From Clostridia bacterium (GTDB taxonomy: Bacteria > Bacillota > Clostridia > RGIG6154): a DNA stretch of 64,000 bases. The stretch's first letter is position 1. Each line of letters begins with the position of its first letter. The notes beneath the pieces are model-generated. The model worked only from the letters and a program-made list of their open reading frames with translations. It was not told where the DNA came from and made no database searches. The translations under genes and the position numbers were made by a program. Of the stretch, positions 20,290 to 28,567 are shown piece after piece. The stretch is taken from NCBI GenBank assembly GCA_045589295.1, contig JAZNOU010000021.1:4822-68821 (forward strand). Direction: 5' to 3'.

Positions 20290-21402
20290 CTATCTTTTGA
20301 TTTTGTATCTGTTACCTTCGCATTTTTCAACTATACCAAAAAGTTCAAGATTTACAAGATACACAGATAAATCTGCAATACTTATATTTACTTCTTTAAC
20401 AATATCGTCTATATGCAATGTTTTTTGAGAAAGAGCTTTTACAATTTTCTTTTCATCTTCACTAAAATTCTCAAGCAAGCTATTATCAATTGTGAAAATC
20501 TGTTCTTCGTTTGGAAATGACGGCATTTCTTTTTTTACAAGGTATGGATATTTTGCATAAAAGTATGCAATTACCTCACTTGGTGAAGTTACCAGTATAC
20601 CTCCCTCTTTTATGTAACGATTACTGTTTTGATAGTATTTATTATAAATACTTCCCGGTATAACAAAGGCATCTCTTCCATACAAAGCGTCCCAATTAAA
20701 AGTATGCGATGTTCCGCTTTTGGCGCCACACTGAATAAAAACTGTTGCATCAGAAATCCCTGCAAGAAGCCTGTTTCTAAACAAAAAGTTTTCCTTATAC
20801 GCATTTGTTCCAAATGGATATTCCGTTAAGAACAATCCTCCGTTTTGCATAATACTGTTTCTTAATCTAAAATGTTTTGCAGGATAAGTGTAATTTATTC
20901 CGCAAGGCAATATTACAATAGAAGAAAGTGCTGTCTTATTGACATTTGCTTCAATACCCTCAGCAAAACCTGCAACAACCTGAATGCCAGCTCCCATAAG
21001 CTCCCGTGAAAACCATATTGCATTTTCTGTACCTTCTTTGTCGTGCTCCCGCGAACCAATAACAGTAACTTTTGGTGCCTTTAACAAATCTAAATTTCCT
21101 TTAGCATATAAAACTGCGGGAGGCATATCTGTATATTTTAAAAGTTTAGGATAAATTCCGCTGTTTTGAGTTATAATCTCAACGTTTTCTTTTTCGCAGC
21201 GCAAAACAATTTTTTCTGCCTGTTTTAACTCGCGCCTTTTCATATTGTCCTTCTGCTTATCTGATAAATTTAACAAATCTTCATCTGTAAAACGCTCAAA
21301 GGCCTGTTTCGCATTTCCATACTTTTCGATTAGGCAGTTAAATATATCCTGTCGGTTAAAAAGTACAACGGAAAACCAAATATCATAAAGCACGTCGTTC
21401 AT
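20290..21402 (-). CDS. dprA: DNA processing protein DprA (Smf)
   Basis: DprA Rossmann core VIGSREHDKEG… and a C-terminal winged-helix extension. Confidence 0.88.
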   Translation of the reverse strand: MNDVLYDIWFSVVLFNRQDIFNCLIEKYGNAKQAFERFTDEDLLNLSDKQKDNMKRRELKQAEKIVLRCEKENVEIITQNSGIYPKLLKYTDMPPAVLYAKGNLDLLKAPKVTVIGSREHDKEGTENAIWFSRELMGAGIQVVAGFAEGIEANVNKTALSSIVILPCGINYTYPAKHFRLRNSIMQNGGLFLTEYPFGTNAYKENFLFRNRLLAGISDATVFIQCGAKSGTSHTFNWDALYGRDAFVIPGSIYNKYYQNSNRYIKEGGILVTSPSEVIAYFYAKYPYLVKKEMPSFPNEEQIFTIDNSLLENFSEDEKKIVKALSQKTLHIDDIVKEVNISIADLSVYLVNLELFGIVEKCEGNRYKIKR

Positions 21403-22205
21403 TTCAACTCTCCTCTTTGTCTAATAGCTTCATACATTAAAATTGCACCTGCTATTGAAACATTCAAAGACTCGGCTTTTCCTAAAATAGGAATTTTAAC
21501 TGGACAAATATTTTCAAATCTCATTAGTTCATTTGAAAGTCCGTGTGCCTCATTACCAAGGCATATAACAGTTTTTTGGGTAAGGTCTTCTTCAAAATGA
21601 GATTTCTCTGCTTGAAGTGAACCTGCAACCAACGAAAATCCGTTTTCGGCAAGAGATGTGAGATGTTGTAAATACTGTTCTTCTTTTATTATATTAATAT
21701 GAAAACATGAACCCATTGTGGCACGGACGATTTTAGGTGAATATACATCCGCACATTCGGGTGAAAGTATTACTGTATCAATTCCAGCGGCATCGGCGGT
21801 TCTTATTATAGTGCCTACATTACCTGGATCGCTAACGTTGTCAAGGTATATTGCAAGCGTCGTGTGTGAAAAATCAACTTCTTTTTTTAAAATCCGCATT
21901 ATTGCCAAGACACCCTGCGGAGATTTTGTATCTGAAATTCCTTCCATTATATAATCAGGAATTAAGTAAACATCAAAATCCGAGGGGTTTACAATATCTT
22001 TATATTTTTCCGTAACAAATATACTTTCTATTTGCTGAGGCACACACGAAACAGCCTCTTTAACAACATTTTCTCCCTCAGCAATATAAAGTGCACTTTC
22101 GGTTCTTTTACTTTTATTTTTAAGTTGTTTAACTTCCTTAATTATTTTATTGGAAGTACTGCTTATATTTATTAACAAAAAACCACCCTTTTTTTTACAA
22201 CACAC
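21399..22205 (-). CDS. TrmH/SpoU-family RNA 2'-O-methyltransferase (RlmB-like)
   Basis: SPOUT motifs LDNVSDPGNVGTIIRTADAAG and LGNEAHGLS. Overlaps the dprA start by 4 nt. Confidence 0.8.
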   Translation of the reverse strand: MCCKKKGGFLLINISSTSNKIIKEVKQLKNKSKRTESALYIAEGENVVKEAVSCVPQQIESIFVTEKYKDIVNPSDFDVYLIPDYIMEGISDTKSPQGVLAIMRILKKEVDFSHTTLAIYLDNVSDPGNVGTIIRTADAAGIDTVILSPECADVYSPKIVRATMGSCFHINIIKEEQYLQHLTSLAENGFSLVAGSLQAEKSHFEEDLTQKTVICLGNEAHGLSNELMRFENICPVKIPILGKAESLNVSIAGAILMYEAIRQRGELK

Positions 22206-22248
22206 CTACACTATAATAAGTCAAAAATCAAAGGTTGTCAATAATTTT

Positions 22249-22767
22249 TTAAATTTCAAAATCATTTTTTAAAACAAACATAAAAATAATTGCAACTTTT
22301 AATGCGTAGAATAATCTTGTTTTATTGTAAAAGGCAGGTCGATTTATTTCCTCTTTTAGGTGTTTTTCAAGTCCTAAAGAAATTATAACCGCATCTGCAA
22401 TAAATTTTTCAATATTAGTGTAATTGTTTTTCAAGTATTCTCTTAAATATATAATATTTTCAGCAACGAAGCCTTTGGAATTTAAAAAAAAGTATTCAAA
22501 ATTATCATATGATACAATCACACAATCCCTTGAAAAGTCTGAAAACTCTTTAATAACAAGACTTAATTCATCTGCATCAGTTAAATCTTCATTTGTAATG
22601 CCTGTAAAAAGTGCCATTTCATCACTCTGTGGTCTTGATGGTTTTACAAGCCTTGAAAATGTATCTGTTATTTTCCCGTCCGTAATTTTCACCGCACTTA
22701 AAAGCAAAATATCATCAGTTTCAGGATTTGCCCCATTTGTTTCAATGTCTATTGTTATATAATTCAT
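22249..22767 (-). CDS. DnaQ-like (DEDD) 3'-5' exonuclease domain protein, with a degenerate Exo III region and a hydrophobic C-terminus
   Basis: Exo I motif ITIDIETNG and an Exo II-like YDNFEYF, 172 aa. Confidence 0.5.
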   Translation of the reverse strand: MNYITIDIETNGANPETDDILLLSAVKITDGKITDTFSRLVKPSRPQSDEMALFTGITNEDLTDADELSLVIKEFSDFSRDCVIVSYDNFEYFFLNSKGFVAENIIYLREYLKNNYTNIEKFIADAVIISLGLEKHLKEEINRPAFYNKTRLFYALKVAIIFMFVLKNDFEI

Positions 22768-22778
22768 AGTATTCCCCT

Positions 22779-23408
22779 TTACTTAATTTTCTTTTTGCAA
22801 ATATCTTTAATCGGACATATATCACACTTTGGTTTTCTTGCTTCACAGTATTTTCTTCCGTGAAGAACAAGCATATGACAAAATTTTGTCTGAATTTCAG
22901 GCGGAATAAGTTTCTTTAAATCATTTTCAATTTTCACAGGATCTGAATTTACAGTAAGTCCCATTCTGTTTGAAAGTCTTATTGCGTGCGTATCAACAAC
23001 AACTGATGGCACTCCAAATGCTTCGCCTAACACAAGATTTGCAGTCTTTCTTCCAACCCCGTCAATCACCAAAAGCTTTTCCATTGTATTGGGAACCTCT
23101 CCACCAAAAAGTTCACATATTTTCTTACAACCATTTTTGATATTCTGAGCTTTATTTTTATAAAGTCCCAAAGTTTTTATATAACTTTCAAGTTCGTTTA
23201 TATCGGCATCAGCAAAATCTGAAGCTGTTTTGTATCTTTTATAAAGTTCTTTTGTAACCTCATTTACTCTGTCGTCCCTACACTGAGCAGAAAGTTCAGT
23301 AGAAATAAGAAGTTGTAAATTATTTTCAGTAATAAGTGAACACTTAGCATCAGGATATTCTTTATTTAGCACATTATATATTTTTAAAACCAATTCCTTT
23401 TTCTTCAT
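22779..23408 (-). CDS. nth: Endonuclease III (DNA glycosylase/AP lyase)
   Basis: HhH-GPD motif LVIDGVGRKTANLV and the 4Fe-4S motif C-x6-C-x2-C-x5-C. Start refined to the ATG at 23408, which has a GGGGGA RBS. Confidence 0.9.
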   Translation of the reverse strand: MKKKELVLKIYNVLNKEYPDAKCSLITENNLQLLISTELSAQCRDDRVNEVTKELYKRYKTASDFADADINELESYIKTLGLYKNKAQNIKNGCKKICELFGGEVPNTMEKLLVIDGVGRKTANLVLGEAFGVPSVVVDTHAIRLSNRMGLTVNSDPVKIENDLKKLIPPEIQTKFCHMLVLHGRKYCEARKPKCDICPIKDICKKKIK

Positions 23409-23477
23409 TAATATGTCCCCCAATAAAATATATTTTAACATATTTTTAATTAAAATCAAACATATTTCAAAAATATC

Positions 23478-23506
23478 TTGCAAACATTATAAAAAAAATA
23501 TATAAT
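23478..23506 (+). promoter_or_regulatory. Promoter of rarA (TTGCAA, 17 nt, TATAAT)
   Basis: Consensus-like -35 and -10 boxes 30 nt before the TTG start and its GGAAGTGA RBS. Confidence 0.5.
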
Positions 23507-23538
23507 TAATGTAATATTTAAGTTATGGAAGTGATATT

Positions 23539-24801
23539 TTGAAAAGTCCTTTGGCAGACAGATTAAGACCACAAACCTTAGAAGATGTTGTGGGTCAAAA
23601 GCACTTATTGGGCGATGGTAAAATGCTTAACAAAATTATAAGCAGTAAATATATACCAAATATGATTTTTTACGGTCCCTCAGGTGTTGGTAAAACAACT
23701 ATCGCAAACATAATTGCCAATTTTTCTGATAAAAAGCTTTATAAATTAAATGCTACAAACTGTTCAGTATCCGACATTAAAGCTATAATAAGCGATACAG
23801 AACACATTGATGCATCTAACGGAATTCTTCTGTATCTTGACGAAATACAGAATTTTAACAAAAAGCAACAACAATCACTTCTTGAAGTAGTAGAAAATGG
23901 ACGTATTACATTAATTGCAAGTACAACAGAAAACCCCTACTTTTATGTATATAATGCCCTTCTTTCACGATGCAGTGTATTTGAATTCAAACCTATTGAT
24001 GAAGAAAGTATTGTCATTGCCTTAAAACGCGCTATAAGTATTTTAGAAAAAGAGTATTCTAAAAAAATCTTTGTTGAAGATGACGCGTATCTCCACTTTT
24101 CTGCTACCGCAAACGGTGATGTTAGAAAAGCTATTAATGGCATCGAACTTGCAGTTTTAAGCAACGCAATTACAAATGATGATATAATAAAGATAACACT
24201 TTCTGATGCATTGGAAGCCAGCCAAAAAAGCGGTTTTAAGTTTGACAAGGATGGCGATAATCATTATGATATATTGTCTGCTTTTCAAAAATCAATAAGA
24301 GGTAGTGACCCGGATGCATCTATCCACTATCTTGCACGCCTCATAGTTGGTGGAGATCTCGCAATAATTTGCAGGCGCCTTATGGTAATCGCATCTGAAG
24401 ATATAGGTCTTGCATATCCAATGGCAGCAGCTATTGTTAAATCATGTTGCGACAGTGCTTTACAACTTGGATTTCCTGAAGCACGCATTCCTCTTGCACA
24501 AGCAGTTCTTATATTAGCCACTTCGCCAAAGTCAAATTCTGTTGTCTGTGCGATAGATAGTGCAATTAATGATATTAACAACAAAGATGTTGGTGAAATT
24601 CCATCACACTTAAAAGATGGTCATTATGAAGGTGCAAAAAAATTAGGTAGAGCCAATGAGTATAAGTACCCGCACTCCTACCCAAACAACTACGTAAACC
24701 AACAATACTTGCCAGATAAATTAGTTGATGCAAAATACTACAATCCAGGTAATAACAAAACTGAACAAAGTGCTAATGAATATTGGAAAAAAATCAAATA
24801 A
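23539..24801 (+). CDS. rarA: Replication-associated recombination protein A (AAA+ ATPase RarA/MgsA)
   Basis: Walker A GPSGVGKTT and the MgsA C-terminal domain. TTG start. Confidence 0.9.
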   Translation: MKSPLADRLRPQTLEDVVGQKHLLGDGKMLNKIISSKYIPNMIFYGPSGVGKTTIANIIANFSDKKLYKLNATNCSVSDIKAIISDTEHIDASNGILLYLDEIQNFNKKQQQSLLEVVENGRITLIASTTENPYFYVYNALLSRCSVFEFKPIDEESIVIALKRAISILEKEYSKKIFVEDDAYLHFSATANGDVRKAINGIELAVLSNAITNDDIIKITLSDALEASQKSGFKFDKDGDNHYDILSAFQKSIRGSDPDASIHYLARLIVGGDLAIICRRLMVIASEDIGLAYPMAAAIVKSCCDSALQLGFPEARIPLAQAVLILATSPKSNSVVCAIDSAINDINNKDVGEIPSHLKDGHYEGAKKLGRANEYKYPHSYPNNYVNQQYLPDKLVDAKYYNPGNNKTEQSANEYWKKIK

Positions 24802-24806
24802 TAAAA

Positions 24807-24847
24807 ATGTCCTTTAAATCAATGTTGTTTAAAGGACATTTTTATTT
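24807..24847 (+). terminator. Rho-independent terminator of rarA
   Basis: Stem ATGTCCTTTAAA / TTTAAAGGACAT followed by TTTTATTT. Confidence 0.8.
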
Positions 24848-25121
24848 ACAAAGGTATAGTAAAAACATAAAATTATGTAAACTTGCACCCAACTTAGCAA
24901 AATTATTCTGCATAGATTCAAGCTTTTACTAACTAATTTTATTAAATTTTTTGTATATAAACAGCTTGGTCATTTGTAGATAATGTTCATAACTATGTAA
25001 ATAAGTTCATTTTCCTTAATTTGTATGTGTCAATAACTTTTTATTTGAATTTTTTCTATAATTTATTATGTAAACTATATAAAAGGTGTATTTTATCACA
25101 TTTTATATTATATTGTAAATT

Positions 25122-25146
25122 AAAAAAGCGCAGATAAATCTGCGCT
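25122..25146 (-). terminator. Rho-independent terminator of rnpB
   Basis: AGCGCAGA-TAAA-TCTGCGCT followed by a minus-strand U-run. Confidence 0.8.
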
Positions 25147-25157
25147 TAAATTACATA

Positions 25158-25503
25158 ATTTGAGCAAGCCTGTAAGCCGGGTTCTGTCTTAGACAATCAT
25201 CTATCTAGACTGTACATCTCTGCACAGTTCAAGCCACCTACCCAAGGAGCGTCGGGCCAACGTTTTCTCCTTAATCCGGTGTTGCTCCGAGTGGGGTTTA
25301 CACGAAAAAATCAGTTACCTGATTTCCAGTAAGCTCTTACCTCACTATTCCACCCTTACCGCTAAAGCGGCGGTTTATTTTCTGTTGCACTTTCCTGAGA
25401 GTCGCCTCTACCGGGAGTTACCCGGCACCCTGCCCTGTGGAGCCCGGACTTTCCTCATATGCATCCTTTCGGATTTGCATCCGCGATTGTCCGACTTACT
25501 CAA
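25158..25503 (-). ncRNA. rnpB: RNase P RNA (bacterial type A architecture)
   Basis: Minus strand carries GGAAAGTCCGGGCTCCACAGGGCAGGGTGCCGGGTAAC… (P4 and P5), GTGCAACAGAAAATAAACCGCC, GGTAAGGGTG…GGTAAGAGC (P13 and P14) and ACAGAACCCGGCTTA (P4 3' strand). P1 pairs GAGTAAGTC with GGCTTGCTC. Confidence 0.95.
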
Positions 25504-25511
25504 AATATTAG

Positions 25512-26246
25512 CTATATTGATCTGTAAACATTAAATGGTTTTGCTTCTATAATATCAACATCAATTCTTGTTTTTAAAACATCTGCAAGTTTTTGAACTG
25601 CAGGATATTCCGTTTCAAAATGACCTGCTGCGATAACACTTATACCTAACTTGTGTGCCTCTTGTGCATCGTTATACTTACACTCACCTGTAACTAACAA
25701 ATCACACCCCAAATTAAAAGCTATAGATGTAAAATCTCCACCTGAACCGCCCAACACAGCAACTTTTTTAATTGGTTTATCCAAATCGCCTACAACTCGA
25801 ACCGAAGATGTATCCAGTTTTTCTTTTACACAATTTACAACATTACTCAAGCTAGCCTCTTTAATTCTTCCAACCCGCATCATATCATATTGCACACAGT
25901 CATACATTTCAATCTTTTCTGCCAGTGCATAATTTACGCCACCAACTGCACAGTCAAAATTGGTGTGTGCAGAATACACGCAAATATCATTTTTTATTGT
26001 TTCGATTATTAATTTGTCTGTAATTCTGCTAAGGGGCTTAAAAATTGCCGGATGATGCGTAATTATGAGGTTTGCTTTATTTTCAACAGCCGTTTTAAAC
26101 GCATTTTCATCAAAATCAAGACTTATAACCACACGGTTAATTTCACAGTCCGAATTTCCTATCATAAGTCCAACATTATCCCATTCGCAAGCATTTTCCG
26201 GTGGCGCTATTTTTTCTATAACATCAATAATTTTTTGCAGTTTCAT
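25512..26246 (-). CDS. Nif3-like dinuclear metal centre protein (YqfO family)
   Basis: NIF3 family signature and length (244 aa). It follows trmK as in Firmicutes. Confidence 0.85.
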   Translation of the reverse strand: MKLQKIIDVIEKIAPPENACEWDNVGLMIGNSDCEINRVVISLDFDENAFKTAVENKANLIITHHPAIFKPLSRITDKLIIETIKNDICVYSAHTNFDCAVGGVNYALAEKIEMYDCVQYDMMRVGRIKEASLSNVVNCVKEKLDTSSVRVVGDLDKPIKKVAVLGGSGGDFTSIAFNLGCDLLVTGECKYNDAQEAHKLGISVIAAGHFETEYPAVQKLADVLKTRIDVDIIEAKPFNVYRSI

Positions 26247-26916
26247 ATATTTTCTCCAGATCGCTGATAATTAATCCTATTTTTGATACAGCTTTTTCAT
26301 CAACTTCTGCTGCACTTTTTAAACCTTCAAATTCTTTCTTGTACTTCTGAATTTGTCTTTTAACATACTCACCCAAGAGCGGATCCTTATTTGTAATAAG
26401 AATTGGTGAAATTATATAATCAATATTCCTCTTGTACTGATTTTTGCCTTTGATTACTCTTATTATTGTATATATCTTATCTTTTTCTTTAACCAGCGCC
26501 TCGTCAAGTATTTTAAAATTATTTTGTTTTAAAAATATTCTCAACTGTATAATATGGGTCATGGGTTGCAAAATTATTTCTTTTGAACATCCACAAATAT
26601 CATCGTTATTATCTAAAATGCAAGATATTAAATCTCCACCCATACCAGCGATGATAACTGTTTCAACCTCTCCAGGTTTTAGAGTTCTAAGTCCATCGCC
26701 TTTTCTAATGTCTATTTGCTCAGAAAAACCACTAAGTGCAACAGATTTTTTGCACGCCAAAACAGGCCCATCTGCCACATCACTTGCAACAACCTTTCTG
26801 CAAATCTCTTTTTCCACAAGATAAACAGGTAATTTTGCGTGATCTGTACCGATATCCGCAGCGGTTTTAAAATTAACCATCTTTGCAATTTTTAAAAGCC
26901 GTGGTGTCAAAATCAT
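26224..26916 (-). CDS. trmK: tRNA (adenine22-N1)-methyltransferase TrmK
   Basis: ADIGTDHAKLP…VASDV motifs, 230 aa. Confidence 0.85.
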   Translation of the reverse strand: MILTPRLLKIAKMVNFKTAADIGTDHAKLPVYLVEKEICRKVVASDVADGPVLACKKSVALSGFSEQIDIRKGDGLRTLKPGEVETVIIAGMGGDLISCILDNNDDICGCSKEIILQPMTHIIQLRIFLKQNNFKILDEALVKEKDKIYTIIRVIKGKNQYKRNIDYIISPILITNKDPLLGEYVKRQIQKYKKEFEGLKSAAEVDEKAVSKIGLIISDLEKIYETAKNY

Positions 26917-26981
26917 ATAACCCTCAACAAAACAATCATTAACAACAAAAAAAGCGGGAAAACCGCCTTTTTATGTATCAC

Positions 26982-27419
26982 TTATAAAATATTTCTTTTA
27001 TCTTCTCTGATTTTCTGCAAAACAGATGACAAATTCTGTTCAACGCCATCTAATGTCTGAGAAACGTATTCTTTTGTTGCCATTCTCATTTCACGTGATT
27101 CATTTTGTGCAGCTTCCATAATTTTCATAGCTTCTTCGTTGGCAAGTCTTGTGATCTCGTGTTCATTAACCATAACATTTACGCGATCTGCAGTATTCTT
27201 AAGAATATTGTCTGCTTCTTTCTGAGCTTCGATTAAAATTCTCTGTCTTTCTTCGGTGATACGTTTTGCCTGCTTCAATTCTTCAGGAAGTTTAAGTCTG
27301 ATATCCTGCAAAGATTCAAGCAATTCATCCTTGTCAACAAAGCCTCTTGAAGTAAAAGGAATTTTCCAAGCACTTTCTATAGCTTCTTCAAGAACGTCAA
27401 TAAGATTCATTATATCCAT
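26982..27419 (-). CDS. Hypothetical coiled-coil protein (ATP-synthase-b/H-like heptad region)
   Basis: 145 aa, highly charged helical repeats, no TM segment. Abuts the coaD stop. Confidence 0.4.
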   Translation of the reverse strand: MDIMNLIDVLEEAIESAWKIPFTSRGFVDKDELLESLQDIRLKLPEELKQAKRITEERQRILIEAQKEADNILKNTADRVNVMVNEHEITRLANEEAMKIMEAAQNESREMRMATKEYVSQTLDGVEQNLSSVLQKIREDKRNIL

Positions 27420-27905
27420 TTAAGATTTCCCCCTCAATCTATCATAAATTATATCTATTATTTGTTCAGGCACAAGACCTGAAAGGTCTCCGCCTAATCT
27501 TCCAACTTCTTTAACAATGCTTGAACTTAAGTAAGAATATTTCTGATTTGACATCATAAACATTGTTTCAACTTCAGGATAAAGTTTTTTATTCATATGT
27601 GCCATTTGAAATTCATATTCAAAATCCGAAACAGCTCTTAATCCTTTAATAATTGTTTTTGCACCGACATTCTTCGCATAATCTGCTAAAAGTCCGTTAA
27701 ACGTTGCAACTTCGACATTATCATGATCGCAAAAAACTTTTTTAGCAAGTTCAATTCTTTCATCAATCGAAAAAAGTGGTGTTTTTAAACTGTTTATGGA
27801 AACAGCAACAATTACTTTATCAAAAACGCCTGCTGCTCTTTTAACGATATCGGCATGTCCATTTGTTATCGGATCAAAACTGCCAGGATAAATTGCTATT
27901 TTCAC
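27420..27905 (-). CDS. coaD: Phosphopantetheine adenylyltransferase
   Basis: [13 protein letters not shown] nucleotidyltransferase motif, 161 aa. Confidence 0.95.
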   Translation of the reverse strand: MKIAIYPGSFDPITNGHADIVKRAAGVFDKVIVAVSINSLKTPLFSIDERIELAKKVFCDHDNVEVATFNGLLADYAKNVGAKTIIKGLRAVSDFEYEFQMAHMNKKLYPEVETMFMMSNQKYSYLSSSIVKEVGRLGGDLSGLVPEQIIDIIYDRLRGKS

Positions 27906-28447
27906 AATGTATCTCCTCCGAGCTGTGGCTTATACAATGTAATATAAACCCTGCCATACTTGACATTTTTTATAACTTCGTAATCTTCAAAACATTTAAG
28001 TGGTTCTTCACTTTCCAAAACAACAACTGCATCATCAGAAAGATGTGAAATAAGTTTTGGAAACACCTTCTCTTCAAATCCTAAACTATACGGTGGATCT
28101 AAAAAAACAAGATCAAATTTTTTTGTGTTGCTTAATAAAAAATCTTCAAAACCACACAAATTCAAATCTGCTTTTTCAATAAGTTTTGTATGTCTTAGAT
28201 TATTTACAACACAATCATAGGCTTTCTTGTTTTTTTCAACAAAACTGCAACTTGCAGCCCCTCTGCTGAGAGCTTCTATACCAAGACTGCCAGAACCAGC
28301 AAACAAATCTAAAACCTCACTGTCGGTTATATATGAATAAAGCATAGAAAACAAAGATTCTTTAACTCTGTCAAGTGTAGGACGAACATCAAGACCATCT
28401 GGTGAACTAAGCTTACAACCTTTTGCCAAACCTGTAATAACTCTCAT
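27902..28447 (-). CDS. rsmD: 16S rRNA (guanine966-N2)-methyltransferase RsmD
   Basis: [19 protein letters not shown] and DPPY motifs. Confidence 0.9.
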   Translation of the reverse strand: MRVITGLAKGCKLSSPDGLDVRPTLDRVKESLFSMLYSYITDSEVLDLFAGSGSLGIEALSRGAASCSFVEKNKKAYDCVVNNLRHTKLIEKADLNLCGFEDFLLSNTKKFDLVFLDPPYSLGFEEKVFPKLISHLSDDAVVVLESEEPLKCFEDYEVIKNVKYGRVYITLYKPQLGGDTL

Positions 28448-28567
28448 AAGCTTTTAACCAAATGCCTCCTTACTAAAAATACGCACAATAATCCTATATA
28501 TATTATTTTATAATAATTAAAAAATTTGTCAAGACTTTCTGTGCAAAAAATTAAGTTTTTTTTACAT

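Noticed and set aside
24850-25120. 270-nt AT-rich spacer between rarA and rnpB, inspected for small ORFs, repeats or a toxin-antitoxin locus.
   Set aside because: Only stop-riddled frames, no direct or inverted repeats beyond promoter-like AT tracts, and no RBS-ATG pairs.
25158-25503. Type B (Bacillus-like) RNase P RNA.
   Set aside because: The sequence contains type A-specific P13/P14 (GGUAAGGGUG…GGUAAGAGC) and P5-P7 segments collinear with the E. coli M1 RNA. It lacks the type B P5.1/P10.1/P15.1 elements.
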